Positions 12,812-24,961 of a stretch of DNA of 64,000 nucleotides are shown piece after piece. Numbering within the stretch: the first letter of the stretch is position 1; every line of letters begins with the position of its first letter. Location of the stretch: assembly GCA_965644295.1 (NCBI GenBank), contig CBFFRP010000216.1, positions 97,782 through 161,781 on the forward strand. The letters are read 5' to 3'. This stretch comes from Paraphysomonas bandaiensis. Lineage: Eukaryota; Protista; Chrysophyceae. Under the pieces are notes generated by a model. It saw nothing but the letters and a program-made list of their open reading frames with translations, was not told the origin of the DNA and did no database searches. A program made the translations under genes and the position numbers.

Positions 12812-14672
12812 TCACCAACTTTCTCCTTCAGGCTCGTCGTCGCTTTCACTGCCAGCCTTGTATCCATTTTCACCAGACACTAAAACATTTACACCATATT
12901 AGACAAATATAGCAATACAAATCGGTTCACAGTCTTCTGCGTTGAACTTACCATCATATATACTGGATCTATTGCGAAAAGTACTATTGATACATCGATT
13001 GCAAACCTGACCATATAAAGCGTTACTGTTGGTACAAAGCAGATCACTTGTAGTATACAAATTGTTATGACAGAGGAACTGGAAAATATACACGCAATAT
13101 ATAGAACATTATAACACCCATGAATCAAAATATATCACCCCACTTACACGCTGTTTTTTGCCGCCGATACGAACTTTTTTGCCGCAGCAGTTGTTACAGA
13201 AGACCTCACCACAGGCGCGGCAATGATGCTTCCGTTTGGTCATTGAAAATGTAGCAAGACATCTACATATTAATACGAATATAAGGGAAGCCACACCACT
13301 CACAAAGCATATAGAGTTAGCATCTATTATATCAATTGCAAGTGATTGTGTCGTGGACAAACCAACTTACTCCATGCATATTAATACGTGTTTACTGTCC
13401 ACCCACTCTGTCCTCGGCGTAATTTCGCCCTCATCCACAGAAATAGATGGCGTACTGGTAGCATTACTTTGTGACGTGTCCGCTATCGAAACAGCGGTTG
13501 CAGATAGCCGACGCGAATGTTTATTGCCATGGAGATCACTTGATTTCTCTAACTCATCAAGATGTTTCATGCGGTCCGTTTCAGCATTCTGACGTTGTCG
13601 AATTTCACCTTCAGCCCACCACTGTATAGAATTTAATTATTACTTATCTCGTCTTTATATCGTAACTACTCATACTACAAAAATTTAGGAAACATACCTG
13701 CATGACGTCGACTTTACTAACTCTAACTCTCAGCATCGGTGGGTCATCATCCACGGCGTTGTTTGATTTGAATGAAAGACCAAAATGGGTTTCACCAAGT
13801 ATCAAGGGCAATTTAATCTCTGATGGAGTAGTATTATCCACATGGCACTTCAGAGAGCTAAGGGGGATATCTGTTTCAGCTAGCACATCATCATTTATTA
13901 AATGTTCATCCATGACTGTGAAATGGATACTCCCATTTATTCTGTCCTCGTCACTCACCTGGAAGATGAAGCTATTGGTTGGGTCGAAACAAGGATAGTT
14001 GTCGTACTTGACCACCTCCGTTTTTCTTTTACACCCAGATACCTCCACCACCACATAAGCTGATACAGGGCGGCCTACAAAACGTACTAAGCGGGATTTT
14101 AAATTCGTACACTCCATTACAGTAACTGTAACTGTAGCAGGCACTGGTGGGGGTTTCGGACTAAAATAAGGTGGTTTCAGAGTCATTTCTAAAGGAATCG
14201 ATGGTGATGATGAAGCTGGTAATAAAGATGATACAAACGCTGTATCTCTAGCAACCTCATTTGTAACAGTTCCACATGTGTCATCTTGGAAAAAGTTAGA
14301 GGCAGGAGTATTTTTAACTAGTACAATACGTGTAATTAACATGCAATTCCAATCTAATGCGAAGCCCATATTCGAACTAACTTGACCAATCTTTCCGCAC
14401 AACATGAATCGAGTTTGTCGTCCATTTTTCATGAGGCGTAAATGCTGTAACTGAGAGGTATCTAATCGACAAGACGGCTGCGTGAGCTTCGAGTGTGTCT
14501 CTTTCAAGCATATCATCGTGTCGTCAACTCCAGACACACCCGATGAATCATGAAAACTAAATTGAACAGTACAATCTGGAGAGAGAAGCAACTCAACTGA
14601 ACTAAAATCACCACTAATATAAGACTTCCACCACACTTTAGTGGACTCCAACAGCTCTGTACTATTATCCAT
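12812..14672 (-). CDS. NTF2/SnoaL-like + C2 + FYVE domain protein (5 exons)
   Basis: C2 domain (VTVTVMECTNL...YPCFD...FTVMDEHLINDDVL). FYVE assembled over introns: WVDS..C.|C.ATFSMTKRKHHCRACGEVFCNNC..KQR|VCNRC. Stop TGA at 12812-12814. Confidence 0.85.
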
Positions 14673-15168
14673 ACTTTGACACTATAATCACTATCGCACT
14701 ATAAGCTACTTATAACTACAGTGTTCAGTACCAACCCATGAATCATTCTATTAATCATGCTGGAATCTACAGGACATCGTGTGCGTCTTTCGTACCAGTC
14801 TGATACGACTCGAGTCGAAATATAAGCAACAAACGTATGCACCTTCTAAAAACTCCGTCCCGTCCTATTTCTGCAGTATTTCGTCCATATGTTAAGAAAT
14901 ACTCCAGTTTCGTTGGTGTGTGATTGCCAAAATATCCGAGTTGTATGCCTCTCAATATATTCCTTATACAAAATTACAGTAATTTTCGATTATTTTCACA
15001 ATTTCACGAAAACCAGTATTTTCAAGCGTCATATAACACAGTCGCCAGGATATGCAGATATTCATACGCAAGTGAGACTCTGCATGCTCCCCAGTAGCAC
15101 ACCACGAATTCAACACACACAGTTCTGATATCGAGATCACTGTCGTTACCTGTGTTGCATAAGGCCAT

Positions 15169-16450
15169 ATGAGTCTAGCACCGTCAAAAGCCGATGATTC
15201 ACTGCACCTCAGATCAACTGATCTGAAGGAACATTTACTTACCACAGAAACACCAACACAGGAGTGTGCTTCTAATCCTCCACACGTGCCTCAACAACCT
15301 AAAGTGAAATCTCCTGTGCTTCATTCAACGCACTTGATTTTCTTCAAAATTGCGGACTATGTGGACATTACGATGGCTAATGGCGCCAAAAATAATTTCT
15401 TATTCGTTTTTCGAAATCTTGAAGCATTCTGCGATGTTGGATTGGCGGTTGCAATTTTGATTGCTTCCGTTATTGTCTTGGGAGCTTTAGTCAATGAGTC
15501 ACGCCGTAGTTGTGTCGATGATGATCAGCCGCGGTATATATGGATGGGTGTTATTTTGTGTGCATTACACACTGCAAATACCCTCACGACTTGTTTTTTG
15601 AAAGCTCTTCCCTATGAAGTCTTTGGTACGTCGCCAGAAGCTGCCGAGAAACTAATACAGAAGGTAAATGAGAGCAAGATCGAGAAGAAAGATTTATTTA
15701 GTGATAAAGAGTACATGAATGCCGAAAATCGAACTATCTCTGACGTTGAGTCGCATCGTGATCCAGCTGAACCAGATTTGGGTACTTCCTCACCATCAGC
15801 TGCTACGGTACAAGACTCATTTCCCTCACTAAATTTGCCAGATGCAGAACATATGCTAGAATTGGCCAAGGTATACTCCACTGCTGCGGTATCAACGGCA
15901 TACCTGTATGGTGTAGCCTTCGTCCTTCAGCTCAACAATTTCTTGCTTCTGTTAGCTTTTGGAGCTATTCTAGGTGAGACATTTAACATTCCACATTTAC
16001 CTTATCTGCAATAATGACCTCTGTTCTGATGAATACTTTTAATTGGTGTGTATAAGTACAGTGGTAGCGTGATATTAACTAGTCGGGCATAATATTGCAT
16101 TTCCACTTGCAGGCACATCCACTAACTTTACCGATCTTGTCACTCATTTTGTTGCAATCGAATCTATAACTCACGTGCATGAAGTTGTACCTGCTGCGCT
16201 TAAAATTAAGGATCGCTCTCCTAAACGATTCAATAAGTCTGGTATAGAGGTCGAAGAGGAACTGGAGGCGTCAGGTAGACTATCATATGGTCTTATAGTG
16301 AAACCAAACAAAAAAGGTAAAGGAGCAGTATACAGATGGTCAGCTAGAATGCATAAGAATACTATTTTCTGGTCGTTTTTTTTAGCCATATCGATTTTGT
16401 TCTTCTTAGTGTCAGAATCATGCAGACTACACAGGGAGGTTTATGGCTAA
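15169..16450 (+). CDS. Hypothetical multi-pass membrane protein (2 exons; intron ~15974-16112)
   Basis: ORFs 15169..16014 and 16175..16450 join in frame via a GTGAG...TGCAG intron; several TM-like segments. Confidence 0.7.
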
Positions 16451-16905
16451 CAGACAACTCGCATCGCATGCATATGCATGTGATATATGATAGACCTTGA
16501 AATCTTGATGATAACATGTTGTACATGTCAATGTAATATTGTAGAAATGGCGCAATTGGGAGGGTTCTATTCGCATTGCAGGAAGTTTAAATTTTACACG
16601 TATACATGTGAAACAATGCCACTAGTTCACAACAATGATGTGTATCACAATGTGGACTGTAGAGAAGTCGACTAAAGTGTGACATCAAAATACCGTAATT
16701 CCATGTAATATAAACTTCATTCGTTTACTATTTCCAGTTTTCATTCACATCTATTGATAACATGTTTGTCAAAATTATGATACATCATATACATCTATTG
16801 ACAACGTGTCTGTGTACTCAACTTGCTACCCAAGTCAGAGAATTTCTACAGTGGTCTAGTTTTAATTCTCACTCACATTTACTCAGTCAAACATATCCAC
16901 AACCC

Positions 16906-18651
16906 TTAACTATCCCCGCTCTCGCTGTCGTTACTAGTACCAATTTGTGGGACCTCAACTTCTGAAACAGAAATATGCCCCTGTTGTAGTGAAGGTGTGG
17001 TATAATGTCTCGGACAGAATAAAGGTTGCCCTACACAACAATCAGCGCAACATGCATTCATACATGTAGTAGCTCTTCTCTTTCTCATACATGCAGCGCA
17101 TATATTTGCATCTCGTTGTGCACTCTGTACGTTGGCGCGGAGATTCGGTACACTTGACATGCGAATCCCATGACCTGGACAACTTTGACACGTTTCTGTC
17201 TGAACTTCAGCACAACAATCTCCACAGCAATGATGTATACATGCCGCGGCTCGTAGTTGGCCTCCACAGCGCCTACATCTCATACTAACTACACAGTTGC
17301 TGTCGCGATTATTACCAAAGTGCGATTCGCTTATAAGTCCCATTCGGAACATTTCGGGCGAGTGAAAATATGATCCGGAGCGGTCATTCTCTTCGGTATC
17401 ATATCCTAAGCCTTCCGTAGCCGATGAAGCTGTTCCCTCAGAGTAACTCTCTGACACATTCCAACTCACAGGAATATATCGCGACATTGATTCTCGACTA
17501 CCATCGCTGCTGGAGCTGTCACTGCTGGAAAAGCTCTCATTCCGGGCTACCTCCAAAGATCTGAGCCCCCTTACTGTACCACTGAATATAGCACTCTCCA
17601 ATAAAGGCATCAAGTTAGCAAATCTTATGTTCCTTGTCCCCCACATTGCTTCCGCCTCAGTGCGGTTACCATCTCTATAGCGCTGGTAAAAATTCTCTGT
17701 GGGCAAATGTGAAGCATGGTTGATCATGTGATCTGATTCCATAGGAAAAGAAATTACAGCTCGACAAGTTGGGCATGAACTAGATTGTCCGACCATGAGC
17801 CAGCGGGTCAGGCAATAAATATGATAGATGGACCCGCAACATAGAGTGGTAATATTGCACGGTGGATTCGTAACTAGGCATATGGCGCACTCCTGGTCCA
17901 CCTGCACATGGGGTAACGAACGTGCCCCACATGAAATAGATGTCATCCTTCCATAATCTATTCGGACAGAAGAATGCATAATATTTATATTTTCATCACT
18001 TTCATGATTTCTCGATATCGTTAAGGTGGAATCTATGCTATCTCCCGGCTGTTGTCGGCTGTAAATGGAATTAAACCGCCGCCAAGTTTCGGCTAGTTGG
18101 TGAGTAATGACTTCTACAAACGTATTAACAATTTGCTCAATATTCATACAAATGCTGCTGGTAGAATATAAATCAATACAATCAATCATAATTGGAAAAG
18201 GAACATCAGACTGATGCAACACCCAGTTCAGAAGCACTATCGACAAGCGATAGGCAATATGCTCAAACATTGGTGATTGTGATATTTTAGTACATATTAG
18301 TCCAGCCTTCATACAAAAGTCATCTGATGTTCCATTCACTCCATTACAGTATAAAACGAATTCTGATATCTCGGCTGGTTCCCAGGTATCTTTAGATAAG
18401 TTGCGGTCTAACAGTCCGCATATATCAAGCAGGTCGTGTTGAGTTAATAGGAAACCGGAGTCAGTCATTCGATCGGGATAAGTATAGTGAATCTTCTCCT
18501 CCAATAGCCGTTTCTGACTTTGACAGAAGAAAGAGAGGCGGTGCATGTAATCTGCACGGAATTCCCCGCATAGTCCACTGTCATGGAACCCCCTCACCTG
18601 ACGGTACTGCTCCTGCTGTCGGAGGCTGTACGCAGCATCGTCCATCATCAT
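16906..18651 (-). CDS. Degenerate Fic/Fido-like domain + RING finger + two Cys-rich (SHI/LRP1-like) zinc fingers
   Basis: Intronless 581-aa ORF. RING: CAICL...CCGSIYHIYCLTRW...CPTCR. Two repeats of CxxC-x8-C-xxx-CC-xx-CC-xn-CPxH. Fic-like segment SPMFEHIAYRLSIVLLNWVL. Confidence 0.8.
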   Translation of the reverse strand: MMMDDAAYSLRQQEQYRQVRGFHDSGLCGEFRADYMHRLSFFCQSQKRLLEEKIHYTYPDRMTDSGFLLTQHDLLDICGLLDRNLSKDTWEPAEISEFVLYCNGVNGTSDDFCMKAGLICTKISQSPMFEHIAYRLSIVLLNWVLHQSDVPFPIMIDCIDLYSTSSICMNIEQIVNTFVEVITHQLAETWRRFNSIYSRQQPGDSIDSTLTISRNHESDENINIMHSSVRIDYGRMTSISCGARSLPHVQVDQECAICLVTNPPCNITTLCCGSIYHIYCLTRWLMVGQSSSCPTCRAVISFPMESDHMINHASHLPTENFYQRYRDGNRTEAEAMWGTRNIRFANLMPLLESAIFSGTVRGLRSLEVARNESFSSSDSSSSDGSRESMSRYIPVSWNVSESYSEGTASSATEGLGYDTEENDRSGSYFHSPEMFRMGLISESHFGNNRDSNCVVSMRCRRCGGQLRAAACIHHCCGDCCAEVQTETCQSCPGHGIRMSSVPNLRANVQSAQRDANICAACMRKRRATTCMNACCADCCVGQPLFCPRHYTTPSLQQGHISVSEVEVPQIGTSNDSESGDS

Positions 18652-19116
18652 GCACGTGGCATATCAATAAACAACTGATAGTAGTGGCATGGCTCATGCA
18701 CTCAGCTGTTCCCAAAAATGTTTCTTAAAGTGGAACAGAACCATCTTCATCCCATTGCTGTGATCTCGTATCATACGCAGGTACTGACCTCTCCATAGTC
18801 AGACATCAACAACAGCAGTGTGTCATGTATACACTACTACACTGTAATACACTGTATAATATGTATAGTATAATCTACGACTTCATATATACTGCTGTAC
18901 TCAGATATTGGTAAAAGAGTCCATTTTCTGGTCTTTCCTGGTAAAACACTCACTGGAATTCCTATAATTAGTTCAATTCCTCATTAAAATCCCTAATTTT
19001 CAGCATGAACGAACTTCATTTTCAGTTCCTGCTCCTGTAAAGTGAACACACACACTTGCCTGTTGATCATACGCGAGACAGCATACAGATATATATATAT
19101 ATATTAATGTAAATAA

Positions 19117-22100
19117 ATGAGTGACGACGGGGTGTATTTATGGGACTACTGTGTGAATGTTCTCCTCAGTGCTCGACTGTTGCATTCCACTTTATCAGAT
19201 ATTGAGGCTTGTGATGTGATTGGATCTATTCGAGGTGTGTGTGTCTGTATATCTGTATGATTGGGTTCCACGTTTGCTGTCTGCTTATGTATCGTGATTG
19301 TATTGTAGATTTACTGGAGTATGCGCCAGAGGAGCACTGGGTGCCTTCGATTATCGATGAAGTTGTAAAGGTGAGTCTATATATGGATAGATACAGTCAT
19401 AACGAGAGCATGATACAGAAAGCTATATGGATTTTAATGGAAATGTCCACTGTTGGTCATACTCCATTACCGTTATTATCCACACCCGTGGATAGTGTTG
19501 AAGTAGGACACCGTTCTTTGAAATGGCAGCGACGTGATATATTGGAACTTGAACTATTGTTAAAAAACTACAAATGCACACCAAAGTCTATTACTGATGT
19601 GAGGAAATGGACGTGCGTTGTAAATTCCCCCATAAATAATCATTCTTGTGATGAAAGAAATTCCGAAGCGTCTCCTGTTCAACCTGCCGAACCCACCTCT
19701 CCTACCTGTGAAGCTACGCCATATGACTCGGACGTTTTCAAGGTGTTAGATGCTGCGATAGATGTATTGCTGAATGCTGGTAGTGGTCATTTGACACCAC
19801 CTAGTAATGAAGCGTCAGTCGATGAGGTAGGTGTACCTATATATCTTAGGCTTGTTTTTGTTGTGTGTAATAGTTGTACTGTTGTATCGGTGGTGATGTG
19901 ATGTCTGTTTTAGATGAATATGGGGCAACGCGTCTGTTCATCTGTGCAGAGAGTGCTATCAGAAGCAGGAAAGAAAAATCAGGATTTACAGCAAGCAGTA
20001 GTTACTATTTTCGGCTCGGCGGCAACAGGTCTTCAAATTCCATCTGTGGAGTCAGATGTTGACCTTATGGTGTCGTGCAAACCTCTCGGTGAAGCCAATG
20101 AAAACGATATATATTCCGTAGTGGACCCTTCGTCAGCCGAAGTCGCAAAGAGGCAAGCGAAGAGAGTTTTGAATTACAAGTCCATTCCTCATGACTGCTT
20201 GAGTGACATGAAAATTATCATTATGCAGTGCCGCGGAAAGGCAAAGTCACTCATTCAGCGGGCCACTAGAGAACTGGAAAAGTTAGACCAGGAAGCATCA
20301 GCAGAAAGTGATGAAGAAATTGAGAAGGATGCGACAAAGTACTATAACAGTAAGAAAGGTAAACGACACAGTGGTAGCAAGATGAAAATGTATCGGAGGA
20401 TGATGGACGAATCTACTGACATGTTGTCACATACAAAGGTTGGACTTGAACGTGTGAAAGCTATTTGCGATATGTGTACGGAGCCGGTAGATACATGTGG
20501 AAATACTGAGCAGAATATTCCAAAATGCGAAGACATTGGAGGTACCACCAATTTTATCAACATATCCAGGATTCGAGTAGAAAATTTGAAGTTTTACAGT
20601 CACCATACAGTACTAAGAGAGAAAAGAGTTTTGGAAGTGCCAGTCGAGAAATGCGATCGCGAAATTGATAACAGTGCACATCCAATTCACTCAGCGCAGA
20701 GTAATTGTGACGAAGGTGATGTAGATGACACCGAAAATGTTCAAACGCAATCAAATACTCTGTCACCGTCTTTGAAAAGAACGAAAAATAGAAGGCCTAT
20801 CCGAGTCGACGAAGAATCGGTACGCGATAGAGCTCTCCTTCGAACTGTCAAGAAGGCATTGAGCAGGTGAGTGGCAAAAGAGTTGTACTTGTGATGACTG
20901 TGTTTTTTGAGTTTTCGGATATTGTTTATTTATGTATTCTACCTTAGGAATGGATTTCGAATTTTAGAAGTGGTTTTACAGGCCCGTATTCCTCTTGTTA
21001 AGTTTGAAACTCGCATCTTGATGACTTCTTCGGATGTACCAAACACACATACATCTAAACACGATAAGAATACTCTATATAAAAGTGTCAGTTGCGATAT
21101 TACTCCCTATAGACGATTTCCTGTTGTAAACAGCGCCTTTCTACGAGCCTATATTGATTGGAGTGCTTGTACTGGAGGCGCGCGTAATACTCTGAAGCTA
21201 CTGTTAATGTTGGTAAAAATGTTCGCTAAGCACAAGAATATAGGATCTGCTGCAGATGGTTACTTGAGCTCGTATGCATGGGTGCTGATGTCTATGCATG
21301 TCTTGCTGAGAAAGGGCTTAATTCCAATGTTTCAATACGACGTCAACGAGGAATTTGGCTTCAAGTTGCTTCCCGATAGTGTACGAAATAATATTCACAC
21401 GATGCCACTGTGCCTTCTTTTTTATGAAGTGATGAACTACTATGCTAATGAGTATGACTGTATGAGGCATACTGTGACTCTACGGGGTTCCGGCGAGGTA
21501 TTTAGTTTTGTGTCTTGTTTCACAGTACGTTTTCTTTTGCCACGCCTTTCATGTCGTATTATGTATATCACGGACCTTTTTTTATTGTCAACAGGTCGTG
21601 GATAAAAGGTGTTGGGATAAACCAGTAATATGGCGGATTAGCATCGAGGTCGGTTTTCACTACTTTTTCCTTCTTCTATTATCTGCTTCTTATTTGTATT
21701 GGTCTACTCAGGATCCATTTGAGTTTTGTCAAGGTAGACATCCAAGGGATCTTGGGGTGACTGTTAGAGCCAAGACACAGGCGGAGGTGGGATTCCACTG
21801 CTATTTGATGGAAGTAATAAATGACGTTTTCGTAGATATTTAAAACTATATCATATGCGGAAAGAGTTACCCGTAAACTTCTACATTGCTCCGATAAAAC
21901 TTTGGGTAAGCATTACAGTTTATGCTATTATGCTATCGTGGCTGATATCTTTTCGATGTAGTTGGATCAGCATTCGATGAGTATTATGAACTGTTTGCTC
22001 CGCTGTAAGTGTTACCCTTTCTCTCATCGTATTCTAGTGCTGTTGTATGCCCATGCCTACTATATTGTGTTTCGAGCGATAATTTTGATCCAGTGCTGCG

Positions 22101-23000
22101 CGCAGTATCACAGGCGTTGCTATAAATGACCACCAAAGTGAGACGGACACCAAAAAGAGCCCACGCAATAACCAAGGTGTTGCTGTAAATGACCGCAAGA
22201 GTAAGAAGGGCACCAAAAAGAGCCCACGCAATAACCAAGGTGTTGCTGTATATGACCACCAAAGTGAGAAGGATTCCAAAGAGAGCCCAGGCAATAACCA
22301 AGGTGTTACTGTAAATGACCGCAAGAGTAAGAAGGGCACCAAAAAGAGCCCACGCAATAACCAAGGTGTTGCTGTAAATGACCACCAAAGTGAGAAGGAT
22401 TCCAAAGAGAGCCCACCCAATAACCAAGGTATTGCTGTAAATGACCGCAAGAGTAAGAAGGATTCCAAAAAGAGCCCACGCAATAACCAAGGTGTTGCTG
22501 TAAATGACCGCAAGAGTAAGAAGGATTCCATAAAGAGCCCACCCAATAACCAAGGTGTTACTGTAAATGACCACCAAAGTGAGAAGGATTCCAAAGAGAG
22601 CCCAGGCAATAACCAAGGTGTTGCTGTAAATGTCCACCAAAGTGAGAAGGATTCCAAAAAGAGCCCACGCAATAGCCAAGGTGTTGCTGTAAATGACCAT
22701 CAAAGTGAGAGCCACACCAACAAGACTTCGAAACGAAACAAGAAGACACGTGAGTCGAAGGTTTCTGAGCACAAGCCTAAGGATACAGCTGGAGAAACAG
22801 ATATGCAGCATGGAGATGAGGCACGTAAGAACCCTAAGAACGAAGATAATCCGTCCCTTCCTGCTCATTATCGCGGGAAAGGGGTGAACAAATGGGATGG
22901 CCAATTGATGGAAGGGGATAGAGAAGCTACCCAAGTAAAAGTTCCCACTCACCAGGAAGTGAATTCTAAGCCAAGAAATAGAAGGAAAAAAAGATCTTAA
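19117..23000 (+). CDS. Non-canonical poly(A)/poly(U) polymerase (TENT/Cid1-like) with a C-terminal 21-aa repeat; multi-exon
   Basis: FGS...SDVDL, ARIPLVK, SCDIT, NSAFLRAY, LVKMFAK..IGSAADGYLSSYAW and ISIE|DPFE..RDLG. The last exon (22093-23000) is open through the repeat and joins ORF 22803..23000. Confidence 0.88.
22113..22711 (+). repeat. 63-bp coding tandem repeat, ~9.5 copies (GVAVND[HQSE/RKSK]KDSKKSPRNNQ)
   Basis: GGTGTTGCTGTAAATGACC-type anchors recur at 22176, 22239, 22302 ... 22680, spaced 63 nt apart. Confidence 0.95.
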
Positions 23001-23428
23001 TCGGTGTGAAAAGTCTCTTTGTCCAAAGTTGAATTCTTCGAAAATAGAAACCTGCCTGGAGGAGACGGAAAAAATATTTTACAGAGAATTTGAGGGATGT
23101 CGGTGAACCACGATCACTTGATACCATTGTTTTTACCCGAAAACCGTAAAATGTAAAGCATTCTACATACTGTGACGAATATTATAAGTGGAAATCTTTC
23201 CTCATAGTAGTGACAAATCGGTCATACTTCAAGCAATCTACTATATTTTAGATAGCTTCACCGATACTGCTAAAAAAACGATACATACATAGTTAAAAAC
23301 GAAACTGCAGACTGCACTCGAAATTCGGCGGGATTTGGAACAACTATATACAAATCTATAATATCTCAAATGTGATATTCGTACATAATGAAATGATAAG
23401 TATAAGGCGTAGACGTCATCAAGCGTAG

Positions 23429-23565
23429 CAGGGCTGCGTATCAATTAACTGTAAATTAATTGAAGCAAGCTGCAGTCAATTTTAATTGCAATTATGATTT
23501 GATGTCCGAATTTCAATTATTGCAATTTCAATAATTGAAAATCAATTAATTGATACGCAGCCCTG
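23429..23565. mobile_element. hAT-type MITE, 137 bp
   Basis: TIRs CAGGGCTGCGTATCAATTAA / TTAATTGATACGCAGCCCTG; perfect 8-bp TSD AAGCGTAG (23421-23428 and 23566-23573). Confidence 0.93.
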
Positions 23566-23577
23566 AAGCGTAGGGAT

Positions 23578-24141
23578 TATTGACTATAGTAAGAGAAGAG
23601 AATTCTATTGTAATCAAACTAGATAGACACTTTTCTTAAATCGCATACACAATTGTTTAGTGTCAACAACATGATAATTTATTTTGTTCATGTCAATGTT
23701 GGAAATTGGTCATTCTTAACTATATATCAGAGAGAATTTGTCGTTAGACTAGATAGATTAATGAATTTCGTTTACATGAATTGTGACAAACAACACATTC
23801 TCATTTTGCTCCACGCATAATCTACATATGTAAACCTCTCGTTACTAAACATATCGAAAGATCAAACTATTTCAGTTTCTCAATATCATCACAGTATTTG
23901 TACAGCACCATATTTCGTACATTGTTTTCAAGTGACACACTACACACTGAATATACTAGAATATAATCTATATTCTTAAGTCAACCACTGCTCAACTTCC
24001 GTATCTTGAATTGTCATGATACAATACTTCAGTTTCACAGTGTTATAGCTATATAGTATCTTTGACTATGTACTACTGTTTTTCACATTGTATTTAACGT
24101 ATTCTACAGTGCTATCTTAGAGAACCATACGTATTCCAACA
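23578..24141 (-). mobile_element. Solo LTR of copia family B, interrupted by a family-A solo LTR
   Basis: The flanking halves are the reverse complement of 57620-57939; 5-bp TSD GGGAT (23573-23577 and 24142-24146). Confidence 0.92.
23697..23979 (-). mobile_element. Solo LTR of copia family A nested in the family-B solo LTR
   Basis: Reverse complement aligns to 2251-2544; 5-bp TSD GTCAA (23692-23696 and 23980-23984). Confidence 0.92.
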
Positions 24142-24519
24142 GGGATTGTATTTGGAGAGCACTCAGGAAGTTCATATGGATATGGCTGATTCGAATGTAG
24201 TGTGTAGTTACCCCAGTATACTCAGAAAAACTGCTGGAGAAAGAAGAATGACCTCAAGATTGCTCAGCTGGAAAAGACCCGGGGTACTCGTAATTGTTTT
24301 GTGAATAAGGTAGTTTTAAGAGCAACGACGATTGTGGTTGTTTAGTCTGTAGAAAATTAGAGCACCCCCGTGAATCTCAATTTGCCTAGATACTCTTTTT
24401 ATAGCAGAATTTAGAAGTACTAACTTACTAACTAAGTCCAAAGCGTTGTAAACCGTGTTTTGACTTCTAGCACTCCTCATCTAATATTTCCTATGATCAG
24501 ACACCCCAAGTCGAGTTAG

Positions 24520-24778
24520 AAATTAGATTTATATCTAGTCTTAATATTTGATGAAAGAAACACTTCGTATTATTAGAAGATAAAGATTGATTATATAAAC
24601 TTCACAAGAAGAACAAGGCCTAATAGTATCATAGCAAGACACGTTTGAACAGGGTGTTAGCACCACACACAATTGTGTATCTTATATAGTCTGGTAATTA
24701 TTCAGTCAATTGATATTTCATTGTATATATGTGTTGTATTCGCGCGTTAAGAGATATATGTATCAATGAATCTTAATA
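24520..24778. mobile_element. Solo-LTR-like repeat, family C, copy 1
   Basis: Aligns end to end with 36166-36445; flanked by GTTAG/GTCAG (TSD with 1 mismatch). Confidence 0.78.
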
Positions 24779-24961
24779 GTCAGGATTATTTTCAAATAAA
24801 GACAGAACCATTCTAGGATATTATCCATGAACTGAATATCTATTGAACAAAAACCAATATACGTGTAATCAGAAGTTAGAATTTTAGAGAAATAGATTTA
24901 AGAGTTGAATATATAGTATTCACCATAACAGAACTTTCCCGTAAATACACACGTATTGAAA

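Noticed and set aside
22113-22711. CRISPR-like array
   Set aside because: The units are contiguous 63-bp tandem copies with no unique spacers, in a eukaryotic exon with no cas genes.
21984-22952. 322-aa antisense ORF of hydrophobic repeats (LTLVVIYSNTLVIAWALFGI), plus overlapping minus-strand ORFs
   Set aside because: These are shadow frames of the plus-strand 63-bp coding repeat. The plus frame has proper splice sites and continues the TENT gene.
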